DNA of 62,810 nt, the filler included. It is 4 parts of 4 records of this genome, joined end to end, with 100 filler letters (N's around TTAATTAATTAA, not from the genome) between each part and the next. Parts side by side here need not be neighbours in the genome. Positions count along the whole stretch, not along the records: positions 37,918 to 62,810 come from DRR723986_8147; 3 more parts are not named here. The stretch is one strand, 5' to 3'. This document shows positions 51,000 through 59,805 of the stretch, piece after piece (positions within the stretch are counted from its first letter, which is position 1; each line of letters opens with the position of its first letter). The notes below the pieces were generated by a model that ran no database searches, was not told the DNA's origin, and saw only the letters and a list, made by a program, of their open reading frames with translations. The translations under genes were made by a program, and so were the position numbers.

Positions 51000-51131
51000 T
51001 GTTCTACTCCTGCTGACTTAACGGGCATTCAGCGTTACAGTTAATTATGTCTGCTCAGTTTACACCAACGCGTCAATTGTTAACAGTTTAAAAGTGTGAA
51101 CCGGCGCCTGCAGAGTTCGATGTAACGCGAA

Positions 51132-51416
51132 TCAAGATTCAATAACCACACCGCGCCAGAAGGCCACGTAGTCTTTGATATTGGCCGCTTCGGGTTTTGG
51201 GTCAGGATAGTACCAGCCGGCATCGCGGTTCGTGTCGCCACCAACTGTAATTGAATAGTAATTGGCTACGCCTTTCCAGGGGCAAGTTGACTGTTGTGCA
51301 CTGTCTACCAAATACTCGCGTTTAAGGGATTCGGGTGGAAAGTAAACGTTGCCTTCTACGGTTTCGGTACTATTACTTTCTGCAATTACGGTGTCTTTCC
51401 AGATTGCCTTAGCCAT
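51132..51416 (-). CDS. DUF427 domain protein
   Basis: MAKAIW..IAES..VEGNVYFP, CPWKGVANYY, AGWYYPDPK, YVAFW. Confidence 0.92.
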   Translation of the reverse strand: MAKAIWKDTVIAESNSTETVEGNVYFPPESLKREYLVDSAQQSTCPWKGVANYYSITVGGDTNRDAGWYYPDPKPEAANIKDYVAFWRGVVIES

Positions 51417-51602
51417 TACTACACTCCAGTCACAGTAAAATATTAACAGAGATAAGAATTGAAAACATGATTGGGCAGAGACACGATTTAAGGCCTGCCT
51501 GATTGAGTCGAGCCTTAAACACCTGCGTTCACGCCACGATATTTTGCTGGTTTGCATTTTACAAGTCTGATGGCAGACTTGCGCCGGCGCGCTTCAGCCC
51601 TG

Positions 51603-52547
51603 TCATTTTGCAGCTGTGGAAACGCTTAACGCACGTGGCCGCACAAAAATTCCATCGGCTTCGGCAAGTAATTCACCACCTGCAAATGCATTTGAGTTGT
51701 CAGCTGCAACGCTACGAATTTCGCCATGCACAAAATGTTTGCGGCCTTCCACACGCTCAAAACGCCCCAAGAGCAGCAGGCGTTTGTTGAGCTGGACCGG
51801 CCGCCGGAAACGAACGTTCAGTCCCGCCGTCGGCGCACCCCGCATGTCATTGGCTGAGAGCGCTTTGCCCATAACTTCGTCCAGCAGCAGCGAGATAAAT
51901 CCGCCGTGCATCCAGCCGACGCGGCCCTGCATGTTCACACCGGCCTTGAGCCACGAGCGCACTTCACCTGTTTCAGCGTCCCACAGGAAGGTCAGCGCTG
52001 GGCCAAGTGGATGCGCGCGGCCACAGCCGTAACAGGCATTTTCAACACGCGGCTGTAACAAACGACCATGGTATTCTGGTTCCATCGGTTGAATGACATG
52101 TTCGCGGTTTTCGTATTCCAGGCAGTACCACGGTCCCCAGGCTTCAATCTTCGTGGCCAGCTGCAGTGCACAGCTGCGTTCAATTCTGCCAAAGTCCCCC
52201 AGTGGCGCAGGATGGTAGAGCACGCCATTTTTGCCAAATCGCAGATTCCAGGGCTCAAAGTCTACACCAAGGTCTGGAGCATATTCGATGCGGCTCCCGC
52301 CTTCGGCGGAATCCTTGATTCCAGAAAAAACCAGCGGCGTATCTTCGGCTCGTAAAAAGTTTTGCTCCGGTCCACAAGGCGAAACCCAGGGATACTCAGC
52401 CGCATTCTCACCTTCATTGGTGCGCAGCGCCCGGAAAAAGGTGCGCAGCGCCTGAGCATCACGTATAACCGTGCCGTCATGCACCAGCTCTCCGGAGCGT
52501 TTTATCTCGTAGAAATACTCGCGCTTATTACTACTGGACTGTGACAT
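51603..52547 (-). CDS. DUF4505 (UPF0598/C8orf82-like) domain fused to PaaI-family hotdog thioesterase
   Basis: N-half REYFY..G.L..FF..LR.N..YPWVSPCGPEQNFLRAEDTPLVF; C-half CYGCG..HPLG, MHGGFISLLLDE, LNVRFRRPV. Confidence 0.75.
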   Translation of the reverse strand: MSQSSSNKREYFYEIKRSGELVHDGTVIRDAQALRTFFRALRTNEGENAAEYPWVSPCGPEQNFLRAEDTPLVFSGIKDSAEGGSRIEYAPDLGVDFEPWNLRFGKNGVLYHPAPLGDFGRIERSCALQLATKIEAWGPWYCLEYENREHVIQPMEPEYHGRLLQPRVENACYGCGRAHPLGPALTFLWDAETGEVRSWLKAGVNMQGRVGWMHGGFISLLLDEVMGKALSANDMRGAPTAGLNVRFRRPVQLNKRLLLLGRFERVEGRKHFVHGEIRSVAADNSNAFAGGELLAEADGIFVRPRALSVSTAAK

Positions 52548-53002
52548 CAGTTCAACTCCGCTTCGCGTTCCAGCATCAGGGAAACGGGGCCGTCGTTTGT
52601 TAATTCCACTTGCATCATTGCTCCAAACTGACCGCAAGCTACCGTGATGCCCAGCTCACGCAATTTGTCACGCGTGTACTCATAGAGTGAATTCGCATCT
52701 TCGGGGAGCGCAGCTACCGAAAAACTGGGACGATTTCCGCTGCGTGCAGTATCACCATATAATGTGAATTGAGAGACGAGCAAAACGGCCCCACCGCAGT
52801 CCATCAATGAACGATTAAATTTGCCGTCTTCGTCTGCAAAAATGCGCAGTTTCGCAAGTTTGGCGCATATCCAATCGGCTTCGGCTTGCGTATCACCTTT
52901 GCGTACGCCCAGCAATACCAGCATGCCATGGTTGATTTCACCAATCGTTTCTGAATTGACGTGCACGGCGGCATGGCTAACGCGTTGAACAAATGCTCGC
53001 AT
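52547..53002 (-). CDS. dtd: D-aminoacyl-tRNA deacylase
   Basis: MRAFVQRV, LRIFAD, SQFTL, NRPSF, FGAMM, NDGPV. Confidence 0.97.
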   Translation of the reverse strand: MRAFVQRVSHAAVHVNSETIGEINHGMLVLLGVRKGDTQAEADWICAKLAKLRIFADEDGKFNRSLMDCGGAVLLVSQFTLYGDTARSGNRPSFSVAALPEDANSLYEYTRDKLRELGITVACGQFGAMMQVELTNDGPVSLMLEREAELN

Positions 53003-53343
53003 AAATTTTTTTTGATCCGGACGATGTTTTGGAGGGTATTTTAGGGGGCAGCTGTACGATTTCGTGCAGCTTTTTGGCCAAATCTCCGTAGGAGAATCGG
53101 AGTTTGGCGCTGCCTGCCGCGAAAATCGTGGCAAAATACGCAATTTCCAGATTGACTTTGCGTTTACGCTTTTGATTGTCAGATTGTAAAGCTCATCACA
53201 AGATGAAAGCCGGTGCAATCTCAGCCCAAAATTTGCTCTCTGGCAGTGCCATGGACCTTGCCGCAGGAACAATAGATAGCGTTCGCTGGGCCACTCTACT
53301 GAAGCACTTACACTCTTTATTTATACGCTGAAAGGACTCGATT

Positions 53344-54261
53344 ATGATGCCTCTGTTCATCATTGGTCTTCTGTTAATTGTCATTGCCGTTGTTGGTGGA
53401 AAAACGAATGAAGCGATATATCGTGTTCGGGGACTGATGGTCCTGGGCGGTATCGTGCTGATGATCATCACAATTGGATATGCTTCAGTCGTGCAGATCA
53501 ATCCCGGTGAAGTTGGTGTTAAAGTTTGGTTTGGTGACGTACAGAAAGATGTACTGCCTCCCGGCCTTAACTTTGTAGTTCCGTTCATGGAAGTACAGCC
53601 AATCAGCACCAAAACGCGTAACTACACCATGTCCGGCCTCGGTGACAATCAACAATCTGGCGTTAGAGCCGACGATCCCGTTAAAGTATTGAGTAAGGAT
53701 GGTCTTGAAGTTACAATTGACATAACCGTTCTGTACAAGGTGCTTGGATCCGAAGCACCTGTTATCCTGCAGAAAATCGGTTTTGACTTTGAGGAGAAAA
53801 TTGTTCGCGCCCAGGCGCGTACCCGGATTCGCGAATACGCCGCTCAGTACAATGCCGTTGATCTCTACTCCAAAGATCGCGACGAATTTCAGCTGCGTGT
53901 TGACGAGACGATCCGCAATGACTTTGAGAAGCGTGGCCTGGTTCTGGAATCACTGCTGATTCGCAACCTCTCGCTGCCAAAATCAGTCCGCGAATCGATC
54001 GAAAGCAAAATCAACGCTATCCAGGAAGCAGAACGCATGCAGTTTGTTCTGGACAAAGGTCGCCAGGAAGCCGAACTCAAACGCGTCCAGGCGCGTGGTA
54101 TCTCCGATGCACAAGCCATCATGAATGAAGGCTTGACACCAAAAGTTCTGCAGTATGAAATGATTCAGATGCAGAAAGAATTGGCCGTATCGCCGAACAG
54201 CAAAATCATCATCCTTGGCGGCGATGGTAGTGACGTTCCGTTCATCCTTGGCAATCAATAA
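53344..54261 (+). CDS. SPFH/Band 7 prohibitin-family membrane protein
   Basis: Two N-terminal TM helices, PGEVGV..FG, SKDGLEV..D, SIESKINA.QEAERM. Confidence 0.92.
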   Translation: MMPLFIIGLLLIVIAVVGGKTNEAIYRVRGLMVLGGIVLMIITIGYASVVQINPGEVGVKVWFGDVQKDVLPPGLNFVVPFMEVQPISTKTRNYTMSGLGDNQQSGVRADDPVKVLSKDGLEVTIDITVLYKVLGSEAPVILQKIGFDFEEKIVRAQARTRIREYAAQYNAVDLYSKDRDEFQLRVDETIRNDFEKRGLVLESLLIRNLSLPKSVRESIESKINAIQEAERMQFVLDKGRQEAELKRVQARGISDAQAIMNEGLTPKVLQYEMIQMQKELAVSPNSKIIILGGDGSDVPFILGNQ

Positions 54262-54312
54262 GCGACGCAATCTCAGGCGGTAGTTTCAAAGCGCCACCTG
54301 CGGTATAAAAGC

Positions 54313-54357
54313 AAAACGCCCCGGCTCACAGTATGTGAGTCGGGGCGTTGTAGTTTT
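54313..54357. terminator. Hairpin terminator between convergent SPFH and TPR genes
   Basis: AACGCCCCGGCTCACA-GTA-TGTGAGTCGGGGCGTT stem with T/A tracts. Confidence 0.75.
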
Positions 54358-54448
54358 AGCCTTAAATGCACAGTCTACAGCCAGTTGCGCGCGGAGATTG
54401 CCGGAAGCATCACAGCAGGTCAGCGCGCATCCGCTCACCTGCAGCCAA

Positions 54449-55660
54449 TCAACGAAAGGGCTTCTTGATAAAGCGCTCGGCCAGCTCATGTGAATTCTGA
54501 TATTCGTCCAGATCCAGCACCAGTTCGTATTGCTCCAGCGCCTCGTCACGCCGCCCCAGACGGTCGTAAATCTGACCAATCTTGAGTGCGCTCAGGATTT
54601 GAAAACCGGACTCCTCGTCCTTCTCCTCGTCGATACGCTCACTAAAGTACAGCGACTTCTTGAGGTATTTGAGCGCCATGTCCTGATCACCGCGCAGGAA
54701 AAGGCTGTTGCCGATGTAGTACATCGATTCGCGCGCCAGCAGCGCATCATAACCTAGATTTTTGGCAATGCAGCGCCGCAGGATTTCGCGCCAGTACTTT
54801 TCTGACTCATCCTGTTTTCCCAGGCGCTGATAACTACGCGCCACATACTTGTGGAACAGTGAGTTATTCGGGTAACGCTCATACAATTCCTTGGATGCAG
54901 CGAGCGACTTGTTGTAGTCGCGCTCAAAGCGATAGAAAATGTGCATCAGCGTGACTTTGGCTTCAATCTTGGCGTAACGCGCGCGCTCGGCCGCCAGCTC
55001 CAGCTCCATCATTCCACCGCGGCGGTCTCCCGGCGGCAGGAACCACATCAGCGGTTTTACAGCCGGATAACGTTCCGGAATTGCAGCCGCAAAGTAGTGG
55101 TACACGCCAATTCCAAGCATCACATCACTATTCCCCGGCGCCAGCCTCCAGGCCTCCTGCACAATTCCAAGAGCATCATTACCATCCGAGGCCGCACGCA
55201 CCCATTGTTTGCGCTCCACAAAATAGCGCCCGCGGTAGCCCAGGATTCCGCCTTTGAAAAACAGACCAATAATATCGCCTGGATTTTTTTCCAGCAGCTC
55301 ATCACACAGGTCCAGCACCGTGTCGACTTTCGCCAAAAAGCGATCGTCCAGGCGCGTGGAACGTTTGTTGGTTGAAATTCTCCACCAATCGACCATGGCA
55401 TCCATAAAATACCCGACCGGGTGCTGCGGGTACAGTTCTTTAACCCGCGCAAAACGCGTCTCAGCACTGTCAAACTTCAGGTTATAAATGTGATCAATGC
55501 CGTTCAGCACCAGCGAGTCAGCTTCCGATGTCATCAGCGCCCACTGTGCTTCGGCCGGGCGTTGCGGCCAAGTCAGGAGCAGTACAAACAGCACCAGCGC
55601 TCCGGGCAACACACGTCGCCGTAGCCTGGATTCAGTCTTTTTTATCTGTGAATTATACAT
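54449..55660 (-). CDS. Secreted TPR-repeat protein
   Basis: Signal peptide RRRVLPGALVLFVLLL..AEA|QW; helical repeats (YIGNSLF, KIGQIY); start taken at MYNSQ. Confidence 0.8.
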   Translation of the reverse strand: MYNSQIKKTESRLRRRVLPGALVLFVLLLTWPQRPAEAQWALMTSEADSLVLNGIDHIYNLKFDSAETRFARVKELYPQHPVGYFMDAMVDWWRISTNKRSTRLDDRFLAKVDTVLDLCDELLEKNPGDIIGLFFKGGILGYRGRYFVERKQWVRAASDGNDALGIVQEAWRLAPGNSDVMLGIGVYHYFAAAIPERYPAVKPLMWFLPPGDRRGGMMELELAAERARYAKIEAKVTLMHIFYRFERDYNKSLAASKELYERYPNNSLFHKYVARSYQRLGKQDESEKYWREILRRCIAKNLGYDALLARESMYYIGNSLFLRGDQDMALKYLKKSLYFSERIDEEKDEESGFQILSALKIGQIYDRLGRRDEALEQYELVLDLDEYQNSHELAERFIKKPFR

Positions 55661-56008
55661 AGGTCTGTTGTTTTTTTTCGTGTGTGTGTGTAATTGCAAA
55701 CGGAAATGCAATTGAAGCGCCGCCGGAATCTGGCGCTGTCTTAAGTACAGCCTACAGGCCCAAAAAGTTGACTTGCCAACTACTTTGTAATCGTACATGC
55801 CAAAATGGATCTCCTGCTTTCCAATCTGCTCAAGGAAAACTGACTGTCGCATTGCCGCTACTAATCGGCACAATCGCTGCAAGATTGCACAAATTCAGCT
55901 CGGGGCGCCTTGAATTGTCTCCGGGTTTGCAGTCCCACTTTAAAGCCACAGTTTGCCGTGCGTTCCCCTTCCGGCCTCCTGTTTGATTTTTTTGTTAGTC
56001 GCCGCATC

Positions 56009-57073
56009 TCAAAATTGAATCCGATGTGCCTCGCGCAGGCGCGACTCCAGAAGTCGCCGCTTAAAGCCACGCGCCACCAGAACCGGATCCGCCCAGCTCT
56101 CAGTCCGCGGCAGCAGCCACAAACCCAAAGCCGTCAGCAGAAGTGTCATCAGCAGGCCGGCCTCGGGACCGCGCGCAAGCGTTCCCAGTAGAAGATCATG
56201 CCAGGCCAGCACTTCCTTCACCCCTTCTGGTGACACGAAAAACGGTTCCATCGCTTGGGATACGCCGCCCATCGGCAGGCCCATCTTAAAGACCGCCAAT
56301 AGATTCCATGCTGCGTGAAACACGATTGCAAACCAGATACTGGCGCCCCGCAACACACTCACAGCAAGGATCAGTCCCAACAACATGAGGTTGATTGCGC
56401 CTACGAACCCTGGATCACCCCAGATAAAATGCACACCGGCAAACGCGAGAGATGTCCCAACAATTGCGACAGCCGCGCCATAGCGCTCCGCCAACACGAT
56501 CAACAAAATTCCGCGGAACAACATCTCTTCCGCCACGGCATGCACCAGTGTAAAAAAAAGATAGTCCGGATGTGCGCTGATGTTCAGCGGCCCCACAATC
56601 GCTCCGGCAAAATCAATTCCGGGAACCAGGGAAAGGACAAAGATCGCACCGTAGCTCAGTGCGAGAAACAGCAATTCAAAGAACCCAAAATCGCTCAAAT
56701 GCGGCATTGAATGCGTCATCCAGGTGCTGACAACAACAATCAGCACAGCAAAAGTCACAGCCGCCAGACCAGCCACAACAATCAGCCTAAAAGTCTTGCG
56801 ACTTAGCCGCAAGCCCAGCAAACCACCTTTTCCCAATCCAAACCAGGGGCTGAGAATCAAGCTCGCCAGAATCAAACCCAGCGCTGCATGTGTCTCAAAC
56901 ACGTGCACCGGAAGCAGCAAACTTAAGGGATAGGCAAGCAGTAGCGTCAGGCAGCCCAAGACCACCAGGCGTCCGGCCCAGTGTCCGCGTAGCAGGTATT
57001 GCCGGCGCTCCGGAACTTCCGGCAATGGCGCCTCAACATTGCCTTCGCGTATCGAGAGTTTCGCTTTACTCAC
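56009..57073 (-). CDS. CPBP (Abi/CAAX prenyl protease-like) intramembrane metalloprotease
   Basis: AEEMLFRG, FAGVH, FHAAWN motifs; multi-TM. Confidence 0.92.
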   Translation of the reverse strand: MSKAKLSIREGNVEAPLPEVPERRQYLLRGHWAGRLVVLGCLTLLLAYPLSLLLPVHVFETHAALGLILASLILSPWFGLGKGGLLGLRLSRKTFRLIVVAGLAAVTFAVLIVVVSTWMTHSMPHLSDFGFFELLFLALSYGAIFVLSLVPGIDFAGAIVGPLNISAHPDYLFFTLVHAVAEEMLFRGILLIVLAERYGAAVAIVGTSLAFAGVHFIWGDPGFVGAINLMLLGLILAVSVLRGASIWFAIVFHAAWNLLAVFKMGLPMGGVSQAMEPFFVSPEGVKEVLAWHDLLLGTLARGPEAGLLMTLLLTALGLWLLPRTESWADPVLVARGFKRRLLESRLREAHRIQF

Positions 57074-57251
57074 CCGGCAAATTTTTGATGTATTCCTGGA
57101 TGTGCTCCTTCATCTTCTCCTCAACTTCTTCGTGCGCCGTACCTTTGATCATGTACATTAGTTGTGGACAATATGCCGAGTAACCGGTCGCGTCCTGGCG
57201 ACGAATCAGGATGTCATAGTCCTGCGGATCAGTGCTTGTCATAGTAGCCAT
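57066..57251 (-). CDS. Small HicB-like protein
   Basis: YDILIRRQDATGYSAYCPQL..IKG...EEVEEKMKEHIQEY matches the HicB N-terminal fold pattern. Confidence 0.7.
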   Translation of the reverse strand: MATMTSTDPQDYDILIRRQDATGYSAYCPQLMYMIKGTAHEEVEEKMKEHIQEYIKNLPGE

Positions 57252-57337
57252 ATTAGAGTCCCTTCTCAGAATCCAACTTTTGAATCCAGCAAATAAGTCA
57301 ATCAACATAAACACTTATGCAGCAATGCTTTAGCGCA

Positions 57338-57958
57338 TCACTCCTCAACTTTTACTTTGGCGCGCGCATGTGTTGCCGCCACTACGTCGGCGCCAAATTT
57401 TTCAGCCTGCGACTGCGGCAGTTGTGCCAGGAAGCGCACGGCCGTGCCGTATTCCTCTTCACAGGAAATCACGAGGCCGTCCATCATGCGTTTAATCAAT
57501 GAAATCTCTTCGTAGCTGCAGTCGATTTCCACCGAACGCGTCAAATGCACAACGCGGCGCTTTACTTCTGACAGGCATTCTTCAGCAGCGCCGCCGTAGG
57601 CGCGCTGCATGCCGCCAACGCCCAACTTTGTGCCGCCAAAATAGCGCGAGACGACCACAACTGCGTCGAGCAATTCCGCTTTTTCAAGAGCCGTAAGGAT
57701 CGGTTTGCCGGCTGCACCGGAAGGCTCTCCATCATCTGCCGCGCGCTTTTCAATGCCTTGCGGACCAAAACGCCACGCAAAACAGTTATGCGAAGCATCA
57801 TAGAATTCTTTGCGGCGCAAATTAATAAACTGCAAAGCAGCTTCTTTCGTTGTAGCCGGTGCGACCGACGCTATGAAGCGCGATCCCTTGACTTTAATTT
57901 CCGTGCGGTGCTCCGCACCCACGGTTTCGTAAGAATCTATGGTTTGTAATGAAGGCAT
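57338..57958 (-). CDS. yigZ: YigZ/IMPACT family protein
   Basis: KGSRFIA, ASHNCFAW, DDGEPSG.AG, SRYFGGTKLG.GG..RAY; start taken at MPSLQT. Confidence 0.93.
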   Translation of the reverse strand: MPSLQTIDSYETVGAEHRTEIKVKGSRFIASVAPATTKEAALQFINLRRKEFYDASHNCFAWRFGPQGIEKRAADDGEPSGAAGKPILTALEKAELLDAVVVVSRYFGGTKLGVGGMQRAYGGAAEECLSEVKRRVVHLTRSVEIDCSYEEISLIKRMMDGLVISCEEEYGTAVRFLAQLPQSQAEKFGADVVAATHARAKVKVEE

Positions 57959-58006
57959 AGCCGTCTTCCCCGCTCTCGGACTCAAATCGAAAATGTACGA
58001 CGAACT

Positions 58007-59152
58007 ATGAAGATCGGAATTACCTGTTATCCAACCTACGGCGGCAGTGGCGTCGTGGCAACCGAACTGGGCAAAGCGCTCGCCAGCCGCGGGCACGAAG
58101 TCCACTTCATCACCTATGCCATGCCGATGCGCCTTAACTCGTACCACGATAATATTTATTATCACGAAGTTGAGATGCCCACCTATCCGGTCTTTGATCA
58201 CCAAATGTACACGCTGGCATTAACCGGCAAACTCGTAGACGTCGTTCGTTTTGAACGCCTCGACATCATGCACATGCATTATGCCATTCCGCACGCTATC
58301 AGCGGCTACATGGCCAAGCAGATAATCCGCGACAAATTTAACACACGCCTCGTTACAACCTTGCATGGCACGGACATTACGCTGATCGGCCTGGAACCCA
58401 ACTTCCTGCCGCTCGTCAAATTCAGCATTGAACAGTCGGACGGTGTTACTGCGGTTTCGCGGTTTCTGCGTGAGAAAACACTCTCGCACTTCTCAATTAG
58501 CAATAAAGACATTGAAGTAATTCCAAACTTCATCGACACCGACACTTATCACCCGCAAGACTCCACGGAAATGCGCAACAGCGTAGCTCCCAACGGCGAG
58601 AAGATACTGGTGCACGTCTCCAACTTCCGCGAAGTCAAACGTGTCCCCGATACAATTGCAATTCTGCAGCACGTACTCAAACACATGCCCGCCAAGCTGC
58701 TGCTGGTTGGTGACGGCCCCGAGCGCACAGCCGTTGAGCGCCAGTGCCGCGAACTTGGAATCTGCGAACATGTGCGTTTCCTGGGCAAACAGAACGACCT
58801 GCCAACAATTTATGCAGCCGCCGACCTGATGCTTTTGCCCAGTCAATCCGAAAGTTTTGGCCTGGCGGCACTCGAAGCCATGAGCTGCGGCGTCCCGGTT
58901 GTTGCCACCAGCTCCGGCGGTATTCCCGAAGTAGTTGTCCAGGGCGAAACCGGCTACATCGCCGAAATTGGCGACACCGAACGCATGGGCCGTTACGCTG
59001 TGGACATCCTCTCCAATCCCAAACGGCACGCGATTTACTGCGAGAATTCGCGCAACCGCGCCATTGAGCAGTACGAAGCCAAACTGATCGTCCCGCAGTA
59101 CGAGGCACTCTACGAGCGCGTCCTCAACAGCGAACGCGCCGGCGTCTGCTAA
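58007..59152 (+). CDS. bshA: N-acetyl-alpha-D-glucosaminyl L-malate synthase (bacillithiol biosynthesis, GT4)
   Basis: [55 protein letters not shown]. Confidence 0.95.
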   Translation: MKIGITCYPTYGGSGVVATELGKALASRGHEVHFITYAMPMRLNSYHDNIYYHEVEMPTYPVFDHQMYTLALTGKLVDVVRFERLDIMHMHYAIPHAISGYMAKQIIRDKFNTRLVTTLHGTDITLIGLEPNFLPLVKFSIEQSDGVTAVSRFLREKTLSHFSISNKDIEVIPNFIDTDTYHPQDSTEMRNSVAPNGEKILVHVSNFREVKRVPDTIAILQHVLKHMPAKLLLVGDGPERTAVERQCRELGICEHVRFLGKQNDLPTIYAAADLMLLPSQSESFGLAALEAMSCGVPVVATSSGGIPEVVVQGETGYIAEIGDTERMGRYAVDILSNPKRHAIYCENSRNRAIEQYEAKLIVPQYEALYERVLNSERAGVC

Positions 59153-59189
59153 ACAGACGTCATCCAGGCTCACCAAATCTTCAGTCTTG

Positions 59190-59225
59190 ACATCTCCGCA
59201 CTCTGATTGTGTCGGAGATGTTTTT
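59190..59225 (+). terminator. Intrinsic terminator after bshA
   Basis: ACATCTCCG...CGGAGATGT stem followed by TTTT. Confidence 0.8.
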
Positions 59226-59805
59226 GTATTAACCCCGCACGCGTTCTCAGGTCCGTTCACCCCGACTTTACGGCGCGTTTACTGCACTTTTCTGACCGCT
59301 TGCGAAATGAATTCGCGGATCGTCCGGCAAAACTAGTAGACTTGTTGGTGTAAATCACAGCGCAGGCTTGCCCGGCTGGTCGGCAGAACGACTGAAATGC
59401 TGATGAGTTGAGCGGATACACAATTCGACTCCCGGGCGTTGACTTGAGGATTGTGCCTCGCGTCTTGCCGCTTGCGGTCTGATCAGCTTGTGGCGAACTG
59501 AAATTCTTGGGGCTTGGGTCTCGGTGCAAAACAAAAACAAACAGCAAGCCAACGCAGCGATAGCGCAGTGGCGAAGCGCTCAAAAATCATGTGAACCGCC
59601 CGACGGAAATTCGGGGCAGACCAGCCAAAATCCCGCTGGATTCAACACAGCAGCCCGTCAGCGCAACAGTGACATCTATTCGTGAAAAATGTCCAACGAA
59701 CGGGAAACACCATGCAGAAATACAGCAGCAAAAGCAGGCGCAGTTTCGATCCCAAATTCCTCGCCTGCACAGTCGAATCGGAGCTCAGAGAGCCAAAGTG
59801 CGCAC

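Noticed and set aside
53003-53272. N-terminal extensions in the ORF track for dtd (likewise yigZ, ftsW, the TPR protein and REC-HK)
   Set aside because: Upstream of family-typical starts and often overlapping neighbouring genes; not real fusions
58493-59260. 255-aa minus-strand ORF
   Set aside because: Antisense shadow of bshA
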